Program-made: the position numbers and the translations under genes
Part shown: one piece after another, positions 19,017-28,600 of the stretch
Layout: each line of letters starts with the position of its first letter
Numbering within the stretch: position 1 is the stretch's first letter
The notes under the pieces: generated by a model
Told to the model about the DNA's origin: nothing
The model's database searches: none
Seen by the model: the letters and a program-made list of their open reading frames with translations, nothing else
Source of the DNA: an uncultured virus (IMG/VR IMGVR_UViG_3300044844_000310)
Lineage: Duplodnaviria > Heunggongvirae > Uroviricota > Caudoviricetes
Strand: one strand, 5' to 3'
IMG/VR virus record: IMGVR_UViG_3300044844_000310
Length of the DNA stretch: 64,000 bases

Positions 19017-20210
19017 ATGTACGGACTCGAAGGCATCTTAGGCAATCTGGTTACCAGCGTAGCAACACCAGCCGTAGGCGGGATCATGGGAGACATCGCA
19101 AGCAGTGCGGTGGAAGACCAACTCCTCAAGGAAATTACGCAGACTACAGTCGGTGCTTTATCTGGCGCGGCAGTGGGCGCAGGTCTTGGTGCTTTGACGG
19201 GTGGTAAATCCGGTGCGCTTAGCGGCGCATTGACGGGTGGGGTTGGTGGTGGCGTCGGCGGTTATAACGCCCCTCAGATTTCTCAGATGTTCGGAATGAA
19301 TCAAAGCGCCGGAGCTCCGCAGGGTGGACAGATAGCGGCTCCGCCGCCCGTTGCTATGGATTATAATCTGTCATCTTATGCTGCTAAACCTATTCCGGGA
19401 ATTGGCGCGGCATCTATTCAGCAGGTGCCAAATATTCAACAACCTGCAGCTCAACCCATTTCTCCTACCCCACCTCCGCCGCAATCCTCCGGCTTCAAGG
19501 ACTACACCCAGTTCCTCAAGGAAAACTACGAACCGCTTGCAGGTGGATTCTTCTTAGGATCAGCGTATGGCGCCAATCAGGACACACAAGATCAAGGACA
19601 ACAGCGTCAACAACAGCAGGTCCTTAAAAATATGATGGACGCTCAGAACGCTCGTCGCTTTAGTCGCTCTGCTTGGGGTTACGCTGACGGCGGTCCTGTT
19701 GAAGTGGGTTTGGCTAATCCTCAGATCAGCGTGCATTTCCCTGCATGGGCTCAAGAACAGATTCAAAGAGAAGGCGGTCTCGCCGCACTTCAACCGGGGA
19801 TTAAGCAGGGGATGGCGCAGGGGGGCTATATCAACCTCCAACCGATGGGTGAAACGATGCACCCGCAGGGTCTTATCCCAAAGGCGCAGCCTTACGCTGC
19901 AGCAACACCGCAACGGCGGGAAGTCGTACAGGACTACGGTGATACCTATGCTCGCGGTGGGTTGATTGATGGTCCCGGTGACGGTCAAAGTGACGATATC
20001 CCCGCCAACATTTCAGGTAAAGAAGAAGTCAGAGTTGCTGATGGGGAGTACGTCATTCCTAAAGAGATCGCTGCTAAGTACGGTCCAGATAAGCTAAAGC
20101 GTATGATGACTAAAGTCCGAGCTGCAGCTCATGCCAAAAAAGGCAAGCAGATCGTGCAGGGTGCCGCGCAAAGGGAATTCATCAAAACGCTATCAGGAGT
20201 CAAAGCGTGA
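19017..20210 (+). CDS. putative DNA ejection/pilot protein
   Basis: Gly-zipper N-terminus; A-x-GG motifs; GPGDGQSDDIPA...ADGEYVIP domain. Confidence 0.6.
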   Translation: MYGLEGILGNLVTSVATPAVGGIMGDIASSAVEDQLLKEITQTTVGALSGAAVGAGLGALTGGKSGALSGALTGGVGGGVGGYNAPQISQMFGMNQSAGAPQGGQIAAPPPVAMDYNLSSYAAKPIPGIGAASIQQVPNIQQPAAQPISPTPPPPQSSGFKDYTQFLKENYEPLAGGFFLGSAYGANQDTQDQGQQRQQQQVLKNMMDAQNARRFSRSAWGYADGGPVEVGLANPQISVHFPAWAQEQIQREGGLAALQPGIKQGMAQGGYINLQPMGETMHPQGLIPKAQPYAAATPQRREVVQDYGDTYARGGLIDGPGDGQSDDIPANISGKEEVRVADGEYVIPKEIAAKYGPDKLKRMMTKVRAAAHAKKGKQIVQGAAQREFIKTLSGVKA

Positions 20211-20638
20211 ACGATCTCGTCAGGGGTGCGCATATCGCCAAGCTCAAGCAGAGCATGGAGAGCTCGATTAACTCAGGAGAGTTAGAACAGGTTGAGTTCC
20301 CCTTGGAGCATTACTTCACACCCACGCAGTACGCTCGTCGTATTTTTGTTCAAGCAGGGGCTACGGTGGTTACCGCGGTGCATAAATCCGAGCACGTTAC
20401 GGTTGCTCTTAAAGGCCACTGCGTTGTCGTAGACGAGTTAGGGGATCGGCACGATGTCATGGCCCCTTCAGTATTCATTACAAAACCCGGAACACAACGC
20501 GCAGTCTATGCGGTTACCGATACGGAATGGCTTACGGTGCATACCTACGAGGATGAGGATAAGTCCTTGGAAACCGTAAGAAAAGCGTTGGTTTGTGATA
20601 GTATGCAGCAGTATGAAAACTTGTTGGAGGCTGTATGA
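20207..20638 (+). CDS. cupin-fold protein
   Basis: H-x-F...YAR...G...HKSEH...PG-x-x-R...DT-x-W-x-TVH. Confidence 0.65.
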   Translation: MNDLVRGAHIAKLKQSMESSINSGELEQVEFPLEHYFTPTQYARRIFVQAGATVVTAVHKSEHVTVALKGHCVVVDELGDRHDVMAPSVFITKPGTQRAVYAVTDTEWLTVHTYEDEDKSLETVRKALVCDSMQQYENLLEAV

Positions 20639-21294
20639 GCTTCGCAATTCTTGGCGCAATAGGTTCCGCTATCGGAACGGGGTTGGGGGCTGTTAGTGGC
20701 GGCATCGCTGCGGGGGCTACCGCTCTGGGCGCTTCGACGGGTGTTGCTAGTGCGCTTGGGACTATTGGTACTGGGGCGCTTGTAGGTTCTGGGTTAGGCG
20801 CTGCGGGTTCCGCCGCTATGGGTAGTGATCCCGGTAAAGGTGCTATGTTTGGAGCACTGGGTGGTGGTCTGACTGGGGGCCTTGGGTCTTTAGCAGGTGC
20901 AGGTACTGGTACAGCAGCATCTACGGGTACAGCCGTACTTGATCCTATGTTTGGTATAGCCCCTACGGCGGCTACGGGTGGTCTTGGATCTACGTTGGGT
21001 ACTGTAGGAACGGAAGTAGCGAAAGCGGCTGTAGCTCCGGCTATTCAAGGTATTGGTGGCATGATGGGTTCTGGGTATTCTGCCCCTTCTGCTACAGACA
21101 CGGCACTTAGAACTCAACAGGAAGCAAAGCAAGCCAAAGAACTCGGCTCTCAAACTTGGGGTCTAGCGGCGGGTGGCAGTGTAGATCTGCACGATGGGGA
21201 TTTCATTCTCCCTGCGGATATTGTCAGTGCAATGGGTAATGGTTCGACCAAGGCGGGGGCGCAGTTCCTCGATGAGTTCTTTGGCGTTTCATGA
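20635..21294 (+). CDS. Gly-rich putative ejection protein, partial paralogue of 19017
   Basis: Gly zippers; WGLAAGG; DGDFILPADIVS-x-x-GNGS. Confidence 0.6.
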   Translation: MSFAILGAIGSAIGTGLGAVSGGIAAGATALGASTGVASALGTIGTGALVGSGLGAAGSAAMGSDPGKGAMFGALGGGLTGGLGSLAGAGTGTAASTGTAVLDPMFGIAPTAATGGLGSTLGTVGTEVAKAAVAPAIQGIGGMMGSGYSAPSATDTALRTQQEAKQAKELGSQTWGLAAGGSVDLHDGDFILPADIVSAMGNGSTKAGAQFLDEFFGVS

Positions 21295-21698
21295 TTGTCC
21301 AAGAGGTACCGTTACAATACGTCAATATGGTCTGGCCCTCGGTTGAGGGCTTTATCGCATCTGCGATTCCGCATAGTGGCGGAGACATAACGCTCGAAGA
21401 GACCAAGTCGTATTGTGTTAATGGCGTTTGGAAGCTCTTGGTAGTGGTGGATGAGGACAATGCGGTGCATGGAGCGGTGACTCTGCACTTCTTCAATCGC
21501 ATCAATCATCGCGTGGCATTTATCACAACCATTGGCGGTAAGGGTATACTTACCCCAGAAAATTTTTCGCAGTTTAGCGATATCCTCCGTAGTAACGGGG
21601 CTACCTGTATGGAAGGCTCAGTACGCGATTCGCTAGTGCGCATGGCGGCACGATTTGGTGCCATTAAAAAGTCAAACACCATTCAGTTAGAGATTTAA
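21291..21698 (+). CDS. GNAT-like virion-module protein
   Basis: V-x-x-VWP-x-VE...AFITTIGG...GAT-x-x-EG; position among ejection genes. Confidence 0.5.
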   Translation: MIVQEVPLQYVNMVWPSVEGFIASAIPHSGGDITLEETKSYCVNGVWKLLVVVDEDNAVHGAVTLHFFNRINHRVAFITTIGGKGILTPENFSQFSDILRSNGATCMEGSVRDSLVRMAARFGAIKKSNTIQLEI

Positions 21699-21710
21699 GA
21701 GGGTATCGTT

Positions 21711-23717
21711 ATGGGCGGTCAAGCAGCAGCTCTTTCTCCTTATCAAGAAGTTAAGTCATCAACGGAGTTAAAGCCCAAGTACGAAGCGCTGTTGGGGTTT
21801 AACAAAGACTCCTCCGAGTACTCTCCTTTTCAGGCGCTCTCTCGTCAGGCAGGGGCTCAGGCCAAAATGATTGAGGGGATGACTACTCGTCCTTCATGGT
21901 CTTCAATGTACGAAGCGTTTGGCGTACCGCAGGGGCAGGACCTGACACCCTATATTCAAGCAATGCGGCAGGGTACTTCGATGCCGATGGCGCCTATCCC
22001 CAGATCACCTGAAGCGGGGACGATTCCTGAATATACCAACCCTTCAGATACGGGCAAGGAGCCTAAGAAGGGAGCCGCGCAGGGTGGGCTGATGAGCCTT
22101 GCTAAACCTCGTGGGTATGCGGAAGCCGGAAAGGTCAAAGCGCTGACATCTCAGCAGCAGCGGTATGTCAAGAACATCAGCCAAGCCATTCAGGATGGGA
22201 AAGTCACGCAGAAGCAGATTGATCGTCTGAATACGATTGAAAAGAACTCAGGGCTTAACGTCTCTCCTTATTCTGATACCGGCACCGGCACGCCTAAGAA
22301 TCCAACGATTGCCAATCTGGTGAGCAAGACCGCGGACACCTATAAAAAGCAGCAGGCAGATAAAGCCGCGCCACCCGCAGTGCCGTTGTCTCAGGCAATG
22401 ACCCAAGAGGTTCCATTTTTCGCTGGCGAAGAAGCGGCCAAGAAAGATCAACTTTATGGGGGTATTACCAATCCCATTTATCAGCAAGCACTAGACCAGC
22501 TCCGTGCCGCAAGCAAAGCCCCAGAGACCATCGGAGAAGGCGCGGGCATCATGTCTTCCGCTGCCAGCAGGCTAATGGATCAGGCGGGGTACACACCACA
22601 GCAGGTAACCGCTCAAAACGTAGAAGCTGCCAATATCGCTCGCGGTAGCATTCGGGATGTTCAGGCACAACAGGCACAAGTAGAAAGAATGCAGGCAGCA
22701 ATGATGCAGGCACCTACCGAAGCCAACGTGCGGAACTACGAAGCGGCGCAGGCGCAGCTCAACCAGATGCAGGGGCCAAAGTCTTGGACGGATCAGGGCA
22801 CTGCGGCTCAGTACATGAGCCCGTATATGCAGAATGTCGTAGACATCCAAAAGCGTGAAGCCAACCGAGATTTTGCTAAGCAGATGGCGCGTCTTGATGC
22901 ACAGGCGGTTGGAGCAGGTGCTTATGGCGGATCTCGCAATGCTTTGGAACGCTCTGAAGCGCGCAGGGCTCAGGCTCAGCGTTTGGGAGATATCGAGGCT
23001 CAGGGTCTCCAGCAAGCCTACCAGTCTGGCATGGGGCAGTTCTCTGCTGAGCAGGGTCTGGGTCTTCAAGCAGGGCAGGCTAATCTTTCGGCAGCGCAGC
23101 AGACGGCTATGGCTAACCAGCAGGCCCTCAACCAACAGCGTAGTCAGTATGTGAACAACGCGCTCCAAGCGGCAATGCAGTCGTATGGTGGGCAGCTCAC
23201 TGCCGCACAGCAGAATCAGGTGGCCCAAAATGCAGAGTCCCAGTTCAACGCTCAGTCGCAGAACACGGCATATAACAATTATGTCGCCCAGCAGCTTGCG
23301 GCTCAACAGGGCAATCAACAAGTAGACTACAACACAGCGATGCAGAACGCGCAGCTTGCGCAGCAAGCGGCCTTAGCCAACCAGCAGGCAAATCTGCAGG
23401 CGGGCATTCAGAATCAACAAGCGGGCCTTACGGGTCAGGGTCTTAATCTGCAGGCGCTTAATCAGGCAGGGCAGATGGGTCAGGGTCTTGGTGGTCTGGG
23501 TGTCAGTACTTGGGGTGCTCAGCAGAACATTCCTCAGCTTTGGGGCGCAGCGGGGCAGACGGTGCAGAACATTGCCCAACAGGCGGCTAATGCCAAACAG
23601 CAGACAGGTATGAATTGGTGGGGTGGTATGGGCAATGCTTATCAAGGACCGACTAACCTGATCATGGGAGCGGCGGGACAGCAGGGCACGCAAACAACGA
23701 ACAGACTTCCGGGCTAA
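21711..23717 (+). CDS. Q/A-rich putative DNA ejection protein
   Basis: YMSPYMQNVVD, GAYGGSR, ANQQA repeats. Confidence 0.65.
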   Translation: MGGQAAALSPYQEVKSSTELKPKYEALLGFNKDSSEYSPFQALSRQAGAQAKMIEGMTTRPSWSSMYEAFGVPQGQDLTPYIQAMRQGTSMPMAPIPRSPEAGTIPEYTNPSDTGKEPKKGAAQGGLMSLAKPRGYAEAGKVKALTSQQQRYVKNISQAIQDGKVTQKQIDRLNTIEKNSGLNVSPYSDTGTGTPKNPTIANLVSKTADTYKKQQADKAAPPAVPLSQAMTQEVPFFAGEEAAKKDQLYGGITNPIYQQALDQLRAASKAPETIGEGAGIMSSAASRLMDQAGYTPQQVTAQNVEAANIARGSIRDVQAQQAQVERMQAAMMQAPTEANVRNYEAAQAQLNQMQGPKSWTDQGTAAQYMSPYMQNVVDIQKREANRDFAKQMARLDAQAVGAGAYGGSRNALERSEARRAQAQRLGDIEAQGLQQAYQSGMGQFSAEQGLGLQAGQANLSAAQQTAMANQQALNQQRSQYVNNALQAAMQSYGGQLTAAQQNQVAQNAESQFNAQSQNTAYNNYVAQQLAAQQGNQQVDYNTAMQNAQLAQQAALANQQANLQAGIQNQQAGLTGQGLNLQALNQAGQMGQGLGGLGVSTWGAQQNIPQLWGAAGQTVQNIAQQAANAKQQTGMNWWGGMGNAYQGPTNLIMGAAGQQGTQTTNRLPG

Positions 23718-23729
23718 GAGGGTATCGAC

Positions 23730-25619
23730 ATGATGGACCAGAACAAACCCGCACGGTTTCTTGATACCGCTTACAACGCGCTGAAGGCTAACCCCAATGC
23801 GACGAATCAGATCCTCCAAGCAGCAGCTCAGGGTCAACCTGTAGGTCTTAGGGGTCTAGCGGCGGCAGCGGCTCAGCAGAGTCAGCAGGAAGCACAGAAA
23901 GCCATGACTGCACTGCAGCAGCAGGGGCCTCAGCCTAACATCATTCAGAAGATGGCATCTCAAGGAATCATGAGTCAGATGGATACGGGCCTTCCTATGG
24001 CTCCCCAGATGGGCGCTCCTGAAGAGATGCCGCAGCAGATGATGGCGGGCGGTGGTCTTGTATCTTTTGCCGATGGTGGTAACGTCCTCCCTCCCGATGT
24101 AATCGAAGCAATCCAAAGTCACTTTGCTGATGGCGGTGAGGTGCGCGGGTTTTCTAAAGGGAAGGACATCATGTCTCTCATGCTCGGAGCGGCTGAAGAT
24201 CTTCCTTATGGCGAGATGGGTTCATTTATTGAAGGTCCCGGTGCTACGCCTCGTGCTATGCCTACGGACTATGGCCCTATGGGTTCGTTTATTGAAGGTG
24301 CACCGCGTGAAGCGCCATCTAAGATGGACTTGCTCAAGAAGTTTTTGGGTAAAGAAATTTCCCCAGCCGAGCTAGAAGCGGGTATTGCATCTAAGCTAAA
24401 AGGAGGTGTAGGTAAAGTAGTAGATCCGTTACTCAAATATGGTAAGACGGCAGGGTCATTGTTTAGAGCGGCTAACCCGATTATGTATGCGTCGACCTTG
24501 TATGAAGTAGGCGACATCATTGCTGATCCAAAAAATCAAGCGGCGTTCTCAGAAGACTGGCAGCGAGAGATGCCGACATGGTTGGGTGGCAGCGGCGAGC
24601 AGGCTGGAGAAACCACAGGTGCTATTGATTACGATCTAAGTAAGGCGGCTCCCAAAAAAGAATCTGCGGTTGAGAAAGCGGTTAGAACTTCCTTTGAGAA
24701 CCCCGAAAAATCTACTTGGAAACCCAAATCCCACGATAAGACTGAAGTTAAGGCTAGCACACGAGTTCTCGACGAAGGCACCAATCTATATAAACCCTTC
24801 AAAGAAGCTAAGACGGATGTCCCTTCTGCTGCAGTCACACCGGATTCAGAAGCGCAAGGTCTGGGTGGTCTGGACCAAGGCAAAGAAATGGTTGATTACA
24901 TCAAGAGCCTGTATGGCGAGAAGAAGATGGACCCTGAGATTGCCAAGAAGTTGGCAGATCTCGAAAGCAACGCGCGTACTTCTACGATCCTGCAGTCTGT
25001 GCTTGGTGGCCTTGCTGGTGGTCTGAGCAACCCTTATGGTGGTCGATTCGCATTAGGTTCGGCGGCGCTACAAGCGCTGGGTGGCTATCAGAAAGGCATT
25101 GGCTCCGAAGAAGATATCCAACGCAAAGCGCTTGATATTGAGCGTGCATACGCTGACCAGCCTGCTGACCTACAGCGCACTGCGGCTAAGGAGTACTTCG
25201 ATCTTATGAGAGACAAGGCCAAGCTGCTTAGTGCTGAGCGTGTGGCCGGGGAGCGTTCCGAAAGTGCACTAGATCGACTACTCCGTTCGGAAGAAGGCAA
25301 GCTCCTACGTTCTCAGATCATGTCTGGGCAGAAAGGTGATGTAACTGAAGGGCAGAAGCTGACGGCTTGGAATCAGGCTAGAGAGCAAGCCGCGAAGGAG
25401 ATCAAGGATGAATACATTGGTGCTACACCTCCAGAAGGAGAACTTGAACGCAGAACGCAAAAGCATTACTTAGCGGCGCTCAATAGCATCGTTGCCGCTA
25501 CAGGAGGTGGGTTAGGCGCAGGTCAAGCACAGCAACAGCAGTCTGGACTAGGTGGTGGTGCTACCCCTACAGGTCGATCTATCATAGGTGGTAAACTTAC
25601 GGGGTCTTCACCACAGTAA
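23730..25619 (+). CDS. putative internal virion/ejection protein
   Basis: MAGGG and FADGG x2, Gly-rich TM-like segment; synteny. Confidence 0.6.
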   Translation: MMDQNKPARFLDTAYNALKANPNATNQILQAAAQGQPVGLRGLAAAAAQQSQQEAQKAMTALQQQGPQPNIIQKMASQGIMSQMDTGLPMAPQMGAPEEMPQQMMAGGGLVSFADGGNVLPPDVIEAIQSHFADGGEVRGFSKGKDIMSLMLGAAEDLPYGEMGSFIEGPGATPRAMPTDYGPMGSFIEGAPREAPSKMDLLKKFLGKEISPAELEAGIASKLKGGVGKVVDPLLKYGKTAGSLFRAANPIMYASTLYEVGDIIADPKNQAAFSEDWQREMPTWLGGSGEQAGETTGAIDYDLSKAAPKKESAVEKAVRTSFENPEKSTWKPKSHDKTEVKASTRVLDEGTNLYKPFKEAKTDVPSAAVTPDSEAQGLGGLDQGKEMVDYIKSLYGEKKMDPEIAKKLADLESNARTSTILQSVLGGLAGGLSNPYGGRFALGSAALQALGGYQKGIGSEEDIQRKALDIERAYADQPADLQRTAAKEYFDLMRDKAKLLSAERVAGERSESALDRLLRSEEGKLLRSQIMSGQKGDVTEGQKLTAWNQAREQAAKEIKDEYIGATPPEGELERRTQKHYLAALNSIVAATGGGLGAGQAQQQQSGLGGGATPTGRSIIGGKLTGSSPQ

Positions 25620-25631
25620 TAGGGCTAGTCA

Positions 25632-28600
25632 ATGAGCCAGCGTAATCCGCTCGATTTCCTTTTCGATACTTCCGTTGGTTCAGGCAGCTCTAAGCTCGAT
25701 GAGCTGCTTGGCATTAGGCCGATCACTGAAGAAGAGCGGGCAGCGAACCGAGCGCGTTTAGCTGAGCTTGAAAGCCCAGTGCGTGGAGAAGCGCTCCCTA
25801 CAGGCTCGATACCACAACTATCTAAAGATGCTAAGGAAAGAGCGGCTCAGCTTGCTCCTATCTATAAAGAAGTGAGTGCTATGTACGGCGTGCCGTACGA
25901 TCTGCTCATGGCACAGGCCCATCAGGAGTCTGGATTCAATCCTGCCGCGATCTCTCCTAAAGGGGCTGTGGGTACGGCTCAGTTCATGCCTGCTACGGCA
26001 AAGCGTTTTGGTCTTACCAACCCAAGTGATCCTGTTGCCTCTGCTCATGCACAGGCTAAATACATGCGTAGCCTCCTTGATATGTTTGGGGGTGATCCAT
26101 CTCTGGCCCTTGCTGGGTACAACGCAGGTGAAGGCAATGTTAAGAAGTATGGGGGTATTCCACGCTTCGAGGAAACGCAGAAGTATGTAGCCCGAGTCAA
26201 TCAGCTTCGTGGGTTATATGGGGAACAAGGTGCAGCTCCAGAAGGAATGCTGGACGTTTCGAATCCTAACTCCCCCGCTGCGCAATACCTTGCCCCATCG
26301 GCACAGCCTGCACAACCTGCTATGGTGCCTGTGCTTCTCTCTACGGGTGAGACGATCAATGTCGATCCTAACCATACGCTCGATGATGTAGCACGTATTC
26401 TGAAGGATAACGGCGAAGATGCCATTCCTATGCGTGGTTTCCAAACGGTTCAGGGTGAAGTTATAAACGTCCCCTATACGATGGGTGATGAAGACATCAT
26501 GCACACGCTTCGTCGTGATGCACCTGAACTGACTGTCGCTAAGGGTGAGCCTGTACCGGACTACACAAGCCTCGGCGCTGCTGGCAAGCAAGCGCTTAAG
26601 AGTTCTCTGGGTCAATTAGGTCTGGGCGGCGCTGAACTTGCTAAAGCCGTAGGCGCTGAAGGAATCGCAAAGACTGCTGAAGAATGGGCGCGACAGAAGC
26701 AGAAGGAAGCCGCAGGTGCCTTTGAAATGCCTACTGAAGAACAGGCGGGTGTTATCAAGCGCAAGGTCGGTATTCCTCTCGTGCAAGCAGGTGCTGGAAT
26801 TGTTCCTATCCTTCCTGCTATGGCTGTTCCGGGTGTTGGTGGTCTTGCTACCGCCGCTGGGCTTATGGGTACGCAGGAGCTTGGTGCACTGAAAGAACGT
26901 GCTGAAGCTGAAGGTAAAGACTTCAAACTAGGCGAAGCCGCGCCATATGCTGCCGCAGCAGGGGCCGTTAATCTTCTACCGTGGGGACGCATTGCGCCTT
27001 TGTTCCGCGCCGCTAGCGAAGACGCTATCTTAGGTTCGCGTGAAGCAATTCAGGCTATGGTTGCGAAGGAAGGTGTTGAAGCAACGCAGCAGAAGATTGG
27101 CGGTTACGTTAGTAACGCTCTTAAGAATGCAGGGCTTGCCGAAGCTGCTGGCGCCTCTGCTGATATTGCGACTTCTGTACTTGAACGGTCTTATACGGAC
27201 AAACCTCTCTGGGATAAGGGTGCGTTTGAAGAATACAAGGATACGTTAGCCCAAGGCGCTCCGTTCTATGCAATCACTGGCGCAGGTGCGGGTCTTGCTG
27301 GTCGCCATATGAAGGCGACTGAACTTGAGAAGATTAAAGAACAGGAAGCGGCTAAGACACAGATCGGTACGCAGAAACTTAGGGCATCGGAAGAAGATGA
27401 AGGAGTAGAAGTCCCTGAAGGTGCGCCAGAAGTGGCTCGTCCTAAGCTCCCGTTTGAAATCCCCGAAGAGCTGCAGAGCTTGCCGCTCCGTGACGCGTTG
27501 AATGTTATGGAGTCCCGCGGCGACTTACCGCCGATGGCTCGTGATTATCTAAAGATGGAGGTCGAACCGTATGCCAGCAAAATCCAAGGCCCAGAACCGA
27601 CTGATGCAGGCGGTGGCGAACGACCCAAAGGTGGCGAAGAAATTGGGTATCCCACAGAAGGTGGGGAAGGAGTACGCGTCAGCGACCAAATCAGTAAAGA
27701 GCCTACCGCAGAAGGTAAAGTCCAAGAAACGGTAACACCAGCAGCTCCGCTTAAAGAACCCCTGCTCTTCACATGGGCTAAGGGTCAGTATGGCGTTCTT
27801 GATGAAGAAGCTATCCATAGAAAAGCGCTAGAAAAAGGCCCCGTTCCTATCGACTCTGGAGGCGGCATGTCTCGTGAGTACGAAGCCGCCTTTGGTAAGC
27901 ACTTCCATCAGAAAGCGCAGGAATACTTTGCTCCGGGTGGTGGCTACGAACAAGGCAATCGCTTCCGTGTAAATACGCGTAGAGGTTCCTACATCTTTAA
28001 GACGCTTGATGATGCCAAAGACTTTGCTGAAAAGTATGGCATGAAGAAGGGCACGCGTAGAACTCTGGATGAGTACACGCCCGTAGACGTAGCTGTTCAA
28101 GCGCAGGAAGGGGTGGGCGTACCGCAGGCTATTGAAGCTCCACAAGTGCAAACCGCTGTCGTCAGAAATCCAGATCAAGGCGCACTGCCTTTAGACATAG
28201 CCAAGTTCTCTGACGTTAAGACAGGAAAGGATCTGCTTGAGCGCTATACACAGCATGGAACTCATAAGGAATTGGGTGATCTTGCGCATCAGCTTCTTCA
28301 ATCTCCCTATGCAAAGGACGTTGGCGTTTCTTTCGTTAAGACGGGGGACACACTCTCTTCAGATATCGTTCACGCATTCCGTACAGCTAACGGTGTAACA
28401 GAAACAGGCCCTACTGGATCTAACGTTTTTTTCAGAAGCGACAACCCAGATGCGTTCACTGAGCATGTCCTTACTCACGAGATGGTGCATGGGCTAACCA
28501 CAGGATCTATTGCGCGTAACCCGGCAGTCAAAGGTCAGCTCGATCTAATGTCTTCCAAGATCAACGGTGCCCTTGATAACGCGGCGCGGCATCCTTCCGC

